NCBI GenBank assembly: GCA_964255285.1
Contig: CAXUUL010000002.1
Location: 116,443-136,442 of the forward strand
DNA: 20,000 bases
DNA from: Ionaspis alba
Lineage: Eukaryota
Reading direction: 5' to 3'
Shown: positions 1 to 9,545 of the stretch, in pieces
How positions within the stretch are numbered: position 1 is the stretch's first letter
Layout of the letters: each line of letters begins with the position of its first letter
Made by a program: the position numbers and the translations under genes
Notes under the pieces: generated by a model
The model's database searches: none
Told to the model about the DNA's origin: nothing
The model's input: the letters and a program-made list of their open reading frames with translations, nothing else

Positions 1-487
1 TACGGAGATTGAGGATCGTGGATGATGAGAGGCCCTCGAAGGCCATCAGGATACTGGCCCTTATTATGAGAATGATACCAGTATGTACCTGATTGATTTA
101 CCTGGCCCAACTCGTCAGCATCCGCTGGTCAAATGTAAAAGTGGAGGTACTACTTACCACGAAATCATAGGTGAATTTCGATCCTGGCGGGATGGGGCAC
201 TGGGTGACACCACTCGGTCCATCCATAGCATTCGAGCCTTGTTGGAAAAGGCCATGGAAGTGGAGACTGGTGCTCTCATTTCCCAGGCTGTTTGTGACAT
301 CGATAACAACGCGGTCGCCAACCGACGCCTCGATAGCGGGACAAGGCCACTTTCCGTTGATACCAATGACAGGTCTTTCCAGCAGACCATCCGGGTTAGC
401 CTTGACCCACGAGATGTCCCAGTTGTACCTAACGACGTCCGCCACAGCCAAGTGCAGGAACAGAAGGGAGTATAGTATAATATTCAT
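1..487 (-). CDS. Secreted multicopper oxidase, Fet3 ferroxidase/Abr1-like; 5' portion only. Exon 1 487-158, intron 157-102, exon 2 101-<1
   Basis: Hydrophobic signal peptide ([16 protein letters not shown]), [13 protein letters not shown], copper motif [19 protein letters not shown]. After a GTAAGT..CTGAC..CAG intron (56 nt) the frame reads [30 protein letters not shown] (second copper motif). Gene runs off the window start. Confidence 0.95.
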
Positions 488-2976
488 GGTGAGGAAGGGA
501 GGCAGAGCAGGAATGAGGGAGTTTCAAAGGGGCATGCACGGTGAAAGCCAAGGAACTGGCCATGATTATATAGTGTCACTTCACGATCACCAGAACGGTA
601 TTCACCATGTCAGACCGTCACCGTGACTGCGGATTCAATATTCAGCCTCCTCGCCAGCTGAGGACATCGCCCGCTGCAGAAGCATATTGCACCAACAGTA
701 GATAGTACCAATGCCAGGCTGCAACAGCGAATGAGCATTGCCGGATCAATAAACTGGGGATTCGCGCACGAGACCTAGAGAGCCTCTCGTATTCTCTAGA
801 CCCGCCCAGCTGAGTGTAGTAACACATTTCGCAAAAGCAGAAAAAAGCGAAGGAAGCGAATCTGACGAGAAGATACACGACAAGGACTTGGCCCGACTGG
901 CTGGGCCCGTTCCTACATGAGTTCAGGTGTCAGCCAACGCGAGAAGGCGTTGCCGAGACTGGAGGCGCGACGCGGGAGAGAGGGCAGAGAGTGACCGCCA
1001 GGGTCCCACTTTTGGCCAGTAAGGAAATGAAAAAGTGTTCGGAGCACCGCAGCAGCGGATTCGGTGAATTACCTCCGGTAGATGAATGTAGCATGCATCT
1101 CTCGTGGTCGGCTGCGCGTGGGAGAGAGCCAGAAATATCTTTCGTGTTACCACGGTCAGCCATCCGAAAGTGAGACGTAGGATTCGAGTCCGTAGTCGCA
1201 CGGGTGAGACCTGAGAGGCTCTGTCGGCGTCCGCAAAATTTGATCCAGACAATCCGATGTCGTGATAGGCTGCCTGGAATAATAGAATGCTCAGGATAGT
1301 CTAAGCCAAGGCTTCCGCCTTTGCTACGCCTTTCTTTCCCCCATTCGTAGACCGAAAATACCAAAACATCAGGCTCAGATACCAACGCCGGGCTAAATTC
1401 TGGTTAACACGTTGGCTTCCCCGCAGTCGTTAGCAAAGCTGAATAAAGGCTTCATCAATCTTACCTGTTCCAATACTATGAATGTCCGGAACGCTTTCTT
1501 TTTTTGCCTTTCCAGATTCCTCACGCTGAGATCTATCGCTGTTTTCGTTGAACTTTGTCGAAAGGTGTCCAACTAGACAAGCCCCCTTCTTGGCTGCGGC
1601 TGTCCAGTGGTGCCTCGATTCCATTTTCGTCTCGGCCCATCCCATCGTGGTTGTGCGCAACTGGCTGATCGGGGTCCTCGTGGGGGCGGGTCGCAAGATG
1701 GCATGCCATATTGGAGGTCGCCAGAAAGCTGGACAGAAAACTTGGAGTCTCGCTTCTCTGCGTCCGCCTTGAGGCCTTGGCATGGCTCAAGACTTCCTGG
1801 TGCAACGTTGAGTAGATAGTCTACATGCACCAAAAGCAGAAAGGATCGGAGCCAGGTCCCGTTATTATCTCCATCCTTTGTATTGGCTTGTGGACAACTT
1901 GCAATTTCCATTCATGTACAGTACGTCGGCTGATGCAAATGCAACAGAAGAATCTGGTCTATAATATGCCGTCATATCGCACACGGTCCCTTCGAGTGCC
2001 TGCTCGTTTCCATTATCAATCTACGCGCAAGATATTTCTACCGTCCTTCACCACGGTGTAGACTCGGTCAAAGTCCCTTCTAGACTCGCATACTTTTAAG
2101 TTTAGTAGTATGTAGTGTTGCCTAGCTCATCTTGTTCTAGACAACTACTATCTACACACTGTCCGTTCCCTTCGGAGCAGCCAGATCCCCGCGACCAACT
2201 TCTGGTATGGGAGATCATTAGCAATAGCAAGCACTTCGTTCGTCAAAAGCTGGCCTCGAAGCTTGCTGGCTTATGCCAAGCCGTGATGCAGCCTCTCTTT
2301 CGGCGAGCTGGATGCTTAGTTCGACCTCGTGTCCGGGCCAGTTCCCAGGTGCCAAGTAACTGCTGTGGTAGAGAGAATCCGAAAGTCTCTCGACAGATTA
2401 GGTAGACTACTCTACTTGCACACTTTGTTGATCTGGAACTTCCTAAATGTGCGGGGAGGATCTCTTTCGGAAGTGCGGCTGAAGGACAGTGGCCTCTGAT
2501 TAGATCCTGGCAAGGTTGTCCCTTGTTCCCTGTCAAGTGCGATCTGAAATGGCGATGTTCTTCCACTTGCCGATGATGTCCTGAGTGCTGCAAACAAAGA
2601 TTCTTTCAATGATTGAGAGATTATTGGCTGCACGACAAACAGCATGAAGAGACTGCCCGCTAACTACCCTATTATGGTTTTGAATGCCCAATGATAGACA
2701 TGCACTCCGAATGTGAAGGGTGTCCAGCGATCGCCTGGCTTTCTTGTACCTTTAGGCCATTTTGAATTCAAGACGTGCGTGCAATATCATACTTCTTCTG
2801 CTCTCCTAGATAGCTGGCTTTTAGACATCAAGGCTGCGCTAGTTGCATCGTGTTTCTACACCGTCACTCATGTTCATTTGCACACGTCCACCCCCTATTG
2901 AAGCATTTCGATTCCACGTAAAAGTATCCCATTTACGACCCATACCGCTGCCTCAACCACATTCTCCCAATCTCTC

Positions 2977-3885
2977 CTATGCAGTTCTCAGATTTCCATG
3001 TCGGTTACTTTGACGGTCAGAAATGCGCCTCTGTTGCAACATCCCCACTGCACTTCTCACCTCAATCTCTTCCACGACTCTGGGGAGCCAATAACTGTAT
3101 TGCTGTTCTACGTCGGCCTCAAAAGGGGAATCGAAAAATGAAATGGCGTCCCGGAGTGCTACCAAATACGCATTAGTAGTGTTGTCGAAGGATTTGGCAC
3201 CGATGCCGCCCTCGCAAGCATCAACTACATATAGGAAGAGTTGGCGAACCAATTTGATTGAAGGCTCTAGGGCTCTGAAGCAGAAACAAGACTTTGCACG
3301 GGGTCGGGGGCATATCCGTATGTAACCTCACCGGCTCCATTCAACGCTCTTGTGACCGTGTTCTACTTGGTTAGCGTACTCTGGGATCGATCCTTCCGGG
3401 CGCCTGTATCAAGGTCTGAGCGATTGCTGATCTGAAGGTGATCCCCCTGGCGCTATCCGCTGTAGAGAGTCTTTCCCGGTGGAGCTGAAAAATTCTTTGA
3501 GATTGCTCCAATACCCTGCTACCTCCGAGGCGGTCTCATAATTGCCTCGATAGTTTCGAGATCCATATTCGGCGCACGGTGAGGTCAAGACGAAGAATTT
3601 CTGAACCACGCGGTGAGGTCGATGCCAGGTTCTGTAGCGTGTGTAGGTTGCAAAGGCGGATGAAGTTGGTGATCTTCTGCAAAAGACACTGCTAGTAAGC
3701 TTTAAGTTGTCCAGGTGGCCGAGGGGGTCTGGAGACCACTGACAGGAGTTAGGAACGCTCAAAAGGCACGATACGGTCACATCGGCAACGTGGTCCCAGA
3801 CTTCTAAATTCTCCACCGTGAATCGATGCGTTGTTGAGAATTTGACCAGGTCGAAGCTCCACCTACTGGAATTGCTGTATGCTTG
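2977..3885 (-). pseudogene. Possible degraded gene of unknown function (~300 codons in one frame with two internal TGA stops)
   Basis: Track ORFs 3409-3816 and 2977-3252 are in the same frame. The frame is open from 3885 and interrupted only by TGA at 3411-3409 and 3330-3328 (...QQSLRP*YRRPEGSIPEYANQVEHGHKSVEWSR*GYIRICPRP...LVRQLFLYVVDACEGG...). No recognised domain and no clear ATG. Confidence 0.4.
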
Positions 3886-3927
3886 CTAGGCTGCTTTGTT
3901 TTTGGGAAGTCAAGCTAACTCATCTCT

Positions 3928-4386
3928 AGACAAGCGGCGGTAAGAGTATCGTGCCCCAATTGTTTGTTTTATGGCCTGCTTACCATGTTGGTAGTCGAGA
4001 CACCTGTATGCAATACGCACTGTACAAAAGTTCGTTCAACAAGCCTACAATACGTACCCTACGACATCTCTTCTAGGCTTTGAAACCTAGACGGCCGTGA
4101 GAACATCGAGCTTCATTTGCTTTACAGCCTGCTTACAATATTGGTAGTCGGAACACCTGGCAACATCTACTCTAGGATATCTCTCCGAGCTTTTGAGTTT
4201 AGACGCCGGTAAGAACATCGAGCCCCATTTGTTCTGCGACTTACTTACAAGATTGGTAGTCGCAACACCCGCCTACACTACATACTCTACGAAATCTTCT
4301 TTGAGCCTTCGAGTTCAGACGCCGGTAAGAACATCGAGCCCCAATTGCTCTGTGGCCTGCTCACAAGATTGGAAGTCGCAACACCT
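3928..4386. repeat. Degenerate direct tandem repeat, 4 copies, periods about 153/112/116 bp
   Basis: Core AGACGCCGGTAAGAACATCGAGCCCC...TTGGTAGTCGCAACACC recurs with unit starts near 3928, 4089, 4201 and 4317. TTGG(T/A)AGTCG lies at 3988, 4141, 4253 and 4369. Confidence 0.93.
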
Positions 4387-4408
4387 TTTTTGCAACACAC
4401 AAAACCAC

Positions 4409-5247
4409 GACGCTATAGACCCTACTGATCCTCGATACGAGGTCTTTCGTGGAGGGACGGATCCATCTACACCAGCATGGTATGTCAACGAAGAAAAGCC
4501 ATTAAGCAATTAAACGAACGCGGACTTCTACTTCAGGTTCGATACACTAGAGCACAATCCATCGAGGCCGACAATTATTTGAAGTCGTTGATGCCCGACG
4601 AACTTCATAAACTCCCGTGGAAGCCTTACAGCACGCGCATCAAAACGTATCCCGTCTACAACAGCATACGCAAGCACTTTCCTTCCCTTACAAACCCTGC
4701 TGTCCCGGGTTGGTGGGGAGAAGATGCTCTTTACGGCTGGATACGAATAATAGCCGAGTGGATGTGCAACAACGAAGATGCTTTAGAAGAAGAATCCCCC
4801 CAAAAAAAGACCAAGTGGCAAGCGTTCGGCAATACCTCAGCGAAGCGCAACCCTGGAATTACGATCCCCCTTCAGCATTGCTTTTTCAAGGTTGAGGTAG
4901 ACACGGATGCGGAGCGCAACGCTCTCGTTCTTTTGGTCGATTTGGCTCCCGACGATCGCGATACTACGACAGATCTCGACGAAAGGACATTGCGCCTACG
5001 AACGTTGGAAGAAATCCTGGTGGAAGATCTACAGCTGAACAAAGATTGAGAGCAAATCTGCGACGGTGCGAAAGTCTTGGAAGACAACGACTTCTTGGTG
5101 ATCGTTGACGATGCGCGCAAGCTGCGATCGGCAATAATGACATTGCGCAAATCGGACGAGGCGGAGATGGCATTGACAGTGCTACGCCTTCCCGATATCT
5201 GGCCGATCCATGTTCTAGTGGATCCGCCAAGACGCAACGACAGTTGA
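4409..5247 (+). pseudogene. Interrupted hypothetical protein gene (likely frameshift near 4494-4497 and in-frame TGA at 5047-5049); intact ORF part is 4477-5049
   Basis: Protein-like 190-aa ORF whose frame continues for 65 more codons past the TGA (EQICDGAKVLEDNDFLVIVDDARKLRSAIMTLRKSDEAEMALTVLRLPDIWPIHVLVDPPRRNDS). Upstream frame AIDPTDPRYEVFRGGTDPSTPAWYVNEE joins KAIKQLNERG if one A is added to the A-run at 4494-4497. Confidence 0.55.
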
Positions 5248-5669
5248 CCGTGGGACAGTACAATGGGAACTAATCTGCGAGAACGTTTATAGGCGCCTAA
5301 ATTACGCAAACCTCGTCAAGATGAGGAGGAATATCCGGCAGATCGGAGTTTACGTCCATGGAAGAGTGAAGACACAAATGTAGTGGACAATGTGACATCC
5401 ACTCCATCATTTATGGAACAGCTCCATCCCACTCACCATCCTTGATAGGACTCTGTGGGGAAATACGGAGATGATAGAGAATAGGTCGGTCGAGCATGTC
5501 AAGGGCAGGGTTACAGCGACTAGCCGGAGTATTGTCCCCGGGCTCTATGGGAGGCCCGGTAGGATGGATAGCGATTTTAGGGAGTGTGGGATGTATGTAA
5601 GGATGCGCAGGCTCATGTACTACACAGAACGACACACAATATCGTGTAGAAGCTTTATTCGAGAAAGCC

Positions 5670-7256
5670 TCAGTCATTATCAAGAGATATACCTCCTATT
5701 CGCCGGTCAATAGCTTCCATTGATTGAGCTCCTTGACCTCGTTGCTTCCACGGCAAACTGTCCATGTGTTTCCGAGCACTGAGACTTATGCACAAAGTAG
5801 GATCAAGGCTCTTGAGTCCAGGTTCCTTCATTATTGCCAGAGCGGCAAGGCCAAAATACGAGTGCAGTATGTCTGACCGAGAAGAGTCAGTGGCCAGTCA
5901 AGGTTCTGTGGGACAAGGCGGTCGATGAAATCCATGAGACATACCAGGAGGATCTCCGGGTAATTTTCCAAACCCGCCGATCACATGCTGCGTTTTGTCC
6001 AGCAGGAACCGTCGGTTTGCATTGAAATCAAGGAGGTGGACTTTCTTCAGGATCTATGAACCGTTAAAAGGACGCCTGTGATATAGCTAAATGCAGTGTT
6101 CTTACAGCAAGAGTCCCTCCTACCCAGAAGGAGTAACACGTGTCCGCGACTTTGTTGCATCGGCCATTGAAACCAGCCCATTGTATATCCTCGGATGGGT
6201 GGTTCAGAGATATAGTATCCGAGCTAGCAGGAGCTCTTGAGCCTAAGTCAAGATAGTGGTGCTCATCGCTGTCATGCCCGTCGACAGAATTTCCCTCTTC
6301 CTCAGGCTCATTGTCCTCCTCATCCTCACACAGCACCGAGGTTTGCCTCGATACTAACCAGTGCAAGGTCTCATGCACAAAACTCGGACTCGTGGCTGGT
6401 TTTGGATTTGAAGCCGCATCAGGGTCGGGTAACCTTCCTAACAACGATAATGCCCCAAGGCCGCAGTACGTCCATCCAGCTGCATTTCCACACATGAGTA
6501 AGGGCAATTATTTTCACCCTGCAGCACAGGCGACGAGGTGCGTACCGTGGGCTTCGTGGAAGGGAGCTTTGGCTATGCCGCCCTCAAAGCTCTGATCGCA
6601 TTAGTACAATTGCCAAATCCTTCCGAAAGTCCACATTGTAGTACCTTAGATGCCGTAACGAAACTTGCCAAAGCTTCAACATCAATATCCGGGACATCTG
6701 TATCCGAACCCTGCCTCCCATCCCTCAAGATCCACCGAACCAGCGCAGCCAGAAAACAATATCTCACATCCTGCCCGCCCTCAATCTTGCCACCTTCTCC
6801 CAGAACTTCTCCAAAACTTCCATCCCCACATTGTAGCCTCCTCAACCACTCCAAGCACTCCTTCCTCTTCACTCTCTCCCAATCATCCCCCAACACAGCC
6901 AACGCCGCCAGCGCAAAATAAGTACCCGCCAAATTCGCCGGATCCCAATGTCGGTTTTCCTCATTCCTCATCGCATCCCCAAAGTTCGTGCCAGTGAAGC
7001 CTCTGAATCCTCCATCGGGGTGCTGACAGAGATAGATCCAGTCGATGAAAGCTGCACGTTCGGAAGCTGTGCTTTTTTCATGCAGCACGCCGAGGAGATC
7101 GAGAGCTGAAACGGTGAAGTAGGCTAGTGTCATGCGATTCGAGTCGTTGGAGGTGTAGGCAGTTGGGAGGTAGGATTTCAGACAGCGGAGCCAGTATTTG
7201 ATGTGCCGCTCCTTATTGAAAATTGATTTGTCGGGGGTGGAGGGGATCGATGGCAT
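5670..7256 (-). CDS. CDC43: Geranylgeranyltransferase type I beta subunit, 447 aa. Exons 7256-6645, 6591-6546, 6479-6106, 6053-5945, 5872-5670
   Basis: FNKERHIKYWLRCLK..LPTAYTSNDSNRMTLAYF..SALDLL, prenyltransferase repeats (CQHPDGGFRG, QCGDGSFGE, DVRYCFLA, FEGGIA..PFHEAHAGWTYCG), zinc-ligand motif GFNGRCNKVADTCYSFW and DPPDILHSYFGLAAL. All four introns are GT..AG with compatible phases. Confidence 0.96.
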
Positions 7257-7856
7257 GTTGTGGACATTCTCGAGTACGAGCTTAGCACTAATATATTGGT
7301 TTCATTCTGCTGGAAGTCAATGAAGGAGCCATTGAAGGATGCTCTAAGGCCAGTCAAAGATGGTAGAAGAGCACCCACAGCGTGTTACACATAAATAGGG
7401 CTGGAGCATTGACCAATCGGCAATACCTCTCCCTGACCAAGCCCTAATTGTTATGGTACCTGAAATTGGCGTGAGACCGGAGTCCATTCTCGACAAGATA
7501 CCTGTGATGAAAGCAGGCAAGACTATGAGAAAGGCAGTATGAGTATAGTTAACTACAAATATACGGTACGGTCAGACCGGAGAACCTGAAGCGCCATAAA
7601 GGCAACGAAACTGTCTGGGAAGAGCCCCTTATAATATTAACCAATTACTTCACGGCCCGCAAGGATGCTTCTGTTTGTGCAACGACACCAATATAGCCCT
7701 AAATGCTCCTCTACCGTCTACTTCATGGCCGAAGAGCATGCTGGGATGGCCTTTACCCATGTCATAGCCATGTTCGCAATTGCATGCCATGATTGGAATC
7801 GCATTACAATGATGAAATAGACAGTCTTATTAATTCTAAGCTAATGCTAATATTAC

Positions 7857-8219
7857 ACATACAAGCGAATGGGAGGAGATCTCCAATATACAATCTTTAA
7901 ACAACGACATCGAATTTTGGTAGATTTAGAACATTCGGCGTAATTGAAGATCGATAAACATACGAGCGAATAGGAGGAGATCTCCAATATACAATCANNN
8001 NNNNNNNNNNNNNNNNNNNNNNNNNNNNNNNNNNNNNNNNNNNNNNNNNNNNNNNNNNNNNNNNNNNNNNNNNNNNNNNNNNNNNNNNNNNNNNNNNATT
8101 GAAGATCGATAAACATACGAGCGAATAGGAGGAGATCTCCAATATACAATCACCAAGCAACGACATCGAATTTTGATAGATTTAGAATATTCAGCGTAAA
8201 TAAAGATCCGTAAACATAT
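7857..8219. repeat. 101-bp tandem repeat (at least 2 full units plus a partial one; copy number unresolved across the gap)
   Basis: Unit ACATAC(A/G)AGCGAAT(G/A)GGAGGAGATCTCCAATATACAATC...CAACGACATCGAATTTTG(G/A)TAGATTTAGAA(C/T)ATTC(G/A)GCGTAA starts at 7857, 7958 and 8113, with a partial start at 8214. Confidence 0.92.
7998..8097. other. Scaffold gap (100 N) with identical 55-bp flanks (7943-7997 = 8098-8152)
   Basis: Direct comparison of the two flanks; exact 55-nt overlap. Confidence 0.95.
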
Positions 8220-9026
8220 CCCATCGATATGTGCTGTAAATTCACGTCGGTACTGGAACTTCTGTCCGCAGTCGGATATCTTGCACATCCTGTACCCACA
8301 TTGCTTGTGTTTCTCCATATGATCGAGGAAACCGACAGCACTTTTGAACACCACGTCGCAACCGTACGCCGTGAAAGGAGTGAAAGGATAGGCTACACCT
8401 ATTGCAACGTAGGCGGTAACCCGCGATAATACTCGATCTTGAGCACTGCGCAATGCGGCCTTCAAACTGCATTGTTTGACGTGGTGATAGAATTTGGCGG
8501 GGGACGGCGGAGTTGCTCCGCAGGTCGAGCACGTAAGCTGGCCCTCCGGATGTAACAAACTAGGTAAGTGGCAAGGTGGTGGGCCGGTGACGTAGGCGAA
8601 ACACACGCATAAGCTCCAGACAGACTTCTACTTCTGACAGATCTCCGGATATATTGCGTTCGTAGAATCCGTCTGCCAAAGTAGCTCGCATGACAGGGTT
8701 GTCGCGACCACCGCCCTGTATCCTCCGTGATGCAAGTTTCCCTGTCCCGTATAGACGGCAACCACTGTTAAGATGAGATGCCACAGCAGATGACAAGATT
8801 GGTGTTGGGGTGTCTTCCTCCTCTGAGACATCCTCATCGGACTCAGAAGTGATCGAGTTCGGTTTGTTGAAGAGGTTGATCAATTCTTCTAGCTCGTCGC
8901 CGGCCCCTTCTGCCTCGGTGAGGGAAGCGTGAACAAACATGCTCTCGGGTACTTCATCTTCTTTAATGAACAACGACTCGTTCACTTGGAACAGACTCTC
9001 CGGATCTTGTGCTGAGGAATGTGAAG

Positions 9027-9085
9027 GAGGTGAAGCATCTGAAGGATTGAAGGGTATGAAGGATGTGAAGGACGTGAAGGATGCT
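9027..9085 (-). repeat. 9-bp coding minisatellite (CCTTCA-NNN)n encoding Pro-Ser-x
   Basis: Minus strand reads CAT CCTTCA CGT CCTTCA CAT CCTTCA TAC CCTTCA AT CCTTCA GAT GCTTCA CCT CCTTCA CAT. Confidence 0.85.
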
Positions 9086-9545
9086 CAAATGGTTCAGCAT
9101 TGTTGCTGGTTGGGGCTGCAGTTCCCGTAGCATTGATCCAAGCCCGAACTTCCCTTTCACATCGTTCTCTCACTAGCCTCGCTACCAGAGTACCCTTCTT
9201 TGCCTTGATAAACATGTAGCGAGCGTAGAGCTCTAGAGCGTCCCCCTCGGCAAGGTGGAGCTTCGGAGAATACCGAAGCAGCACGTCCAGCGTATCACAC
9301 AACTCTTGCTGAAGGGCAATGATGGCTGGGTCGCGAGCACATTGTCCGAATCGAGCAATTAATATATATATAGGTCTGGCATAAGTCGAACGAAGCGACA
9401 CCCCCAACAAGAACGTTACATCCTCCACATCTAGACCCAGCCGTGTAAACTGTAGATGAAAAATCGAGACTGTTAAACAATGTGCAGAAAAGTTGTCCGA
9501 GTCGTTGACATGTCCTATTTGACTCCTTCTCTGGTCTGGGCTGAC

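Larger units (their letters stand above)
7897..9428 (-). pseudogene. Frameshifted (or cryptically spliced) gene with three C-terminal zinc-finger-like motifs
   Basis: Three consecutive minus ORFs (9428-8982, 8985-8560, 8606-7995). The first frame switch falls in a Pro-Ser-x repeat (CCTTCA-NNN) near 9047, where one missing base explains the shift; the second is near 8620-8560. Motifs: CSTCGATPPSPAKFYHHVKQC, (Y)PFTPFTAYGCDVVFKSAVGFLDHMEKH, CKISDCGQKFQYRREFTAHIDGIC. Acidic middle region. Confidence 0.62.

Noticed and set aside
600..2900. Many short ORFs upstream of the oxidase
   Set aside because: No motifs, no consistent splice model, mostly non-ATG starts. A very decayed gene cannot be excluded.
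3928..4386. CRISPR-like repeat/spacer array
   Set aside because: The linkers resemble each other, the repeats are long and degenerate, the context is eukaryotic and there are no cas genes. It is a tandem duplication.
6237..6997. Plus-strand ORFs overlapping CDC43 (likewise those opposite MDM20, the oxidase and the dioxygenase)
   Set aside because: Antisense shadows of well-supported genes.
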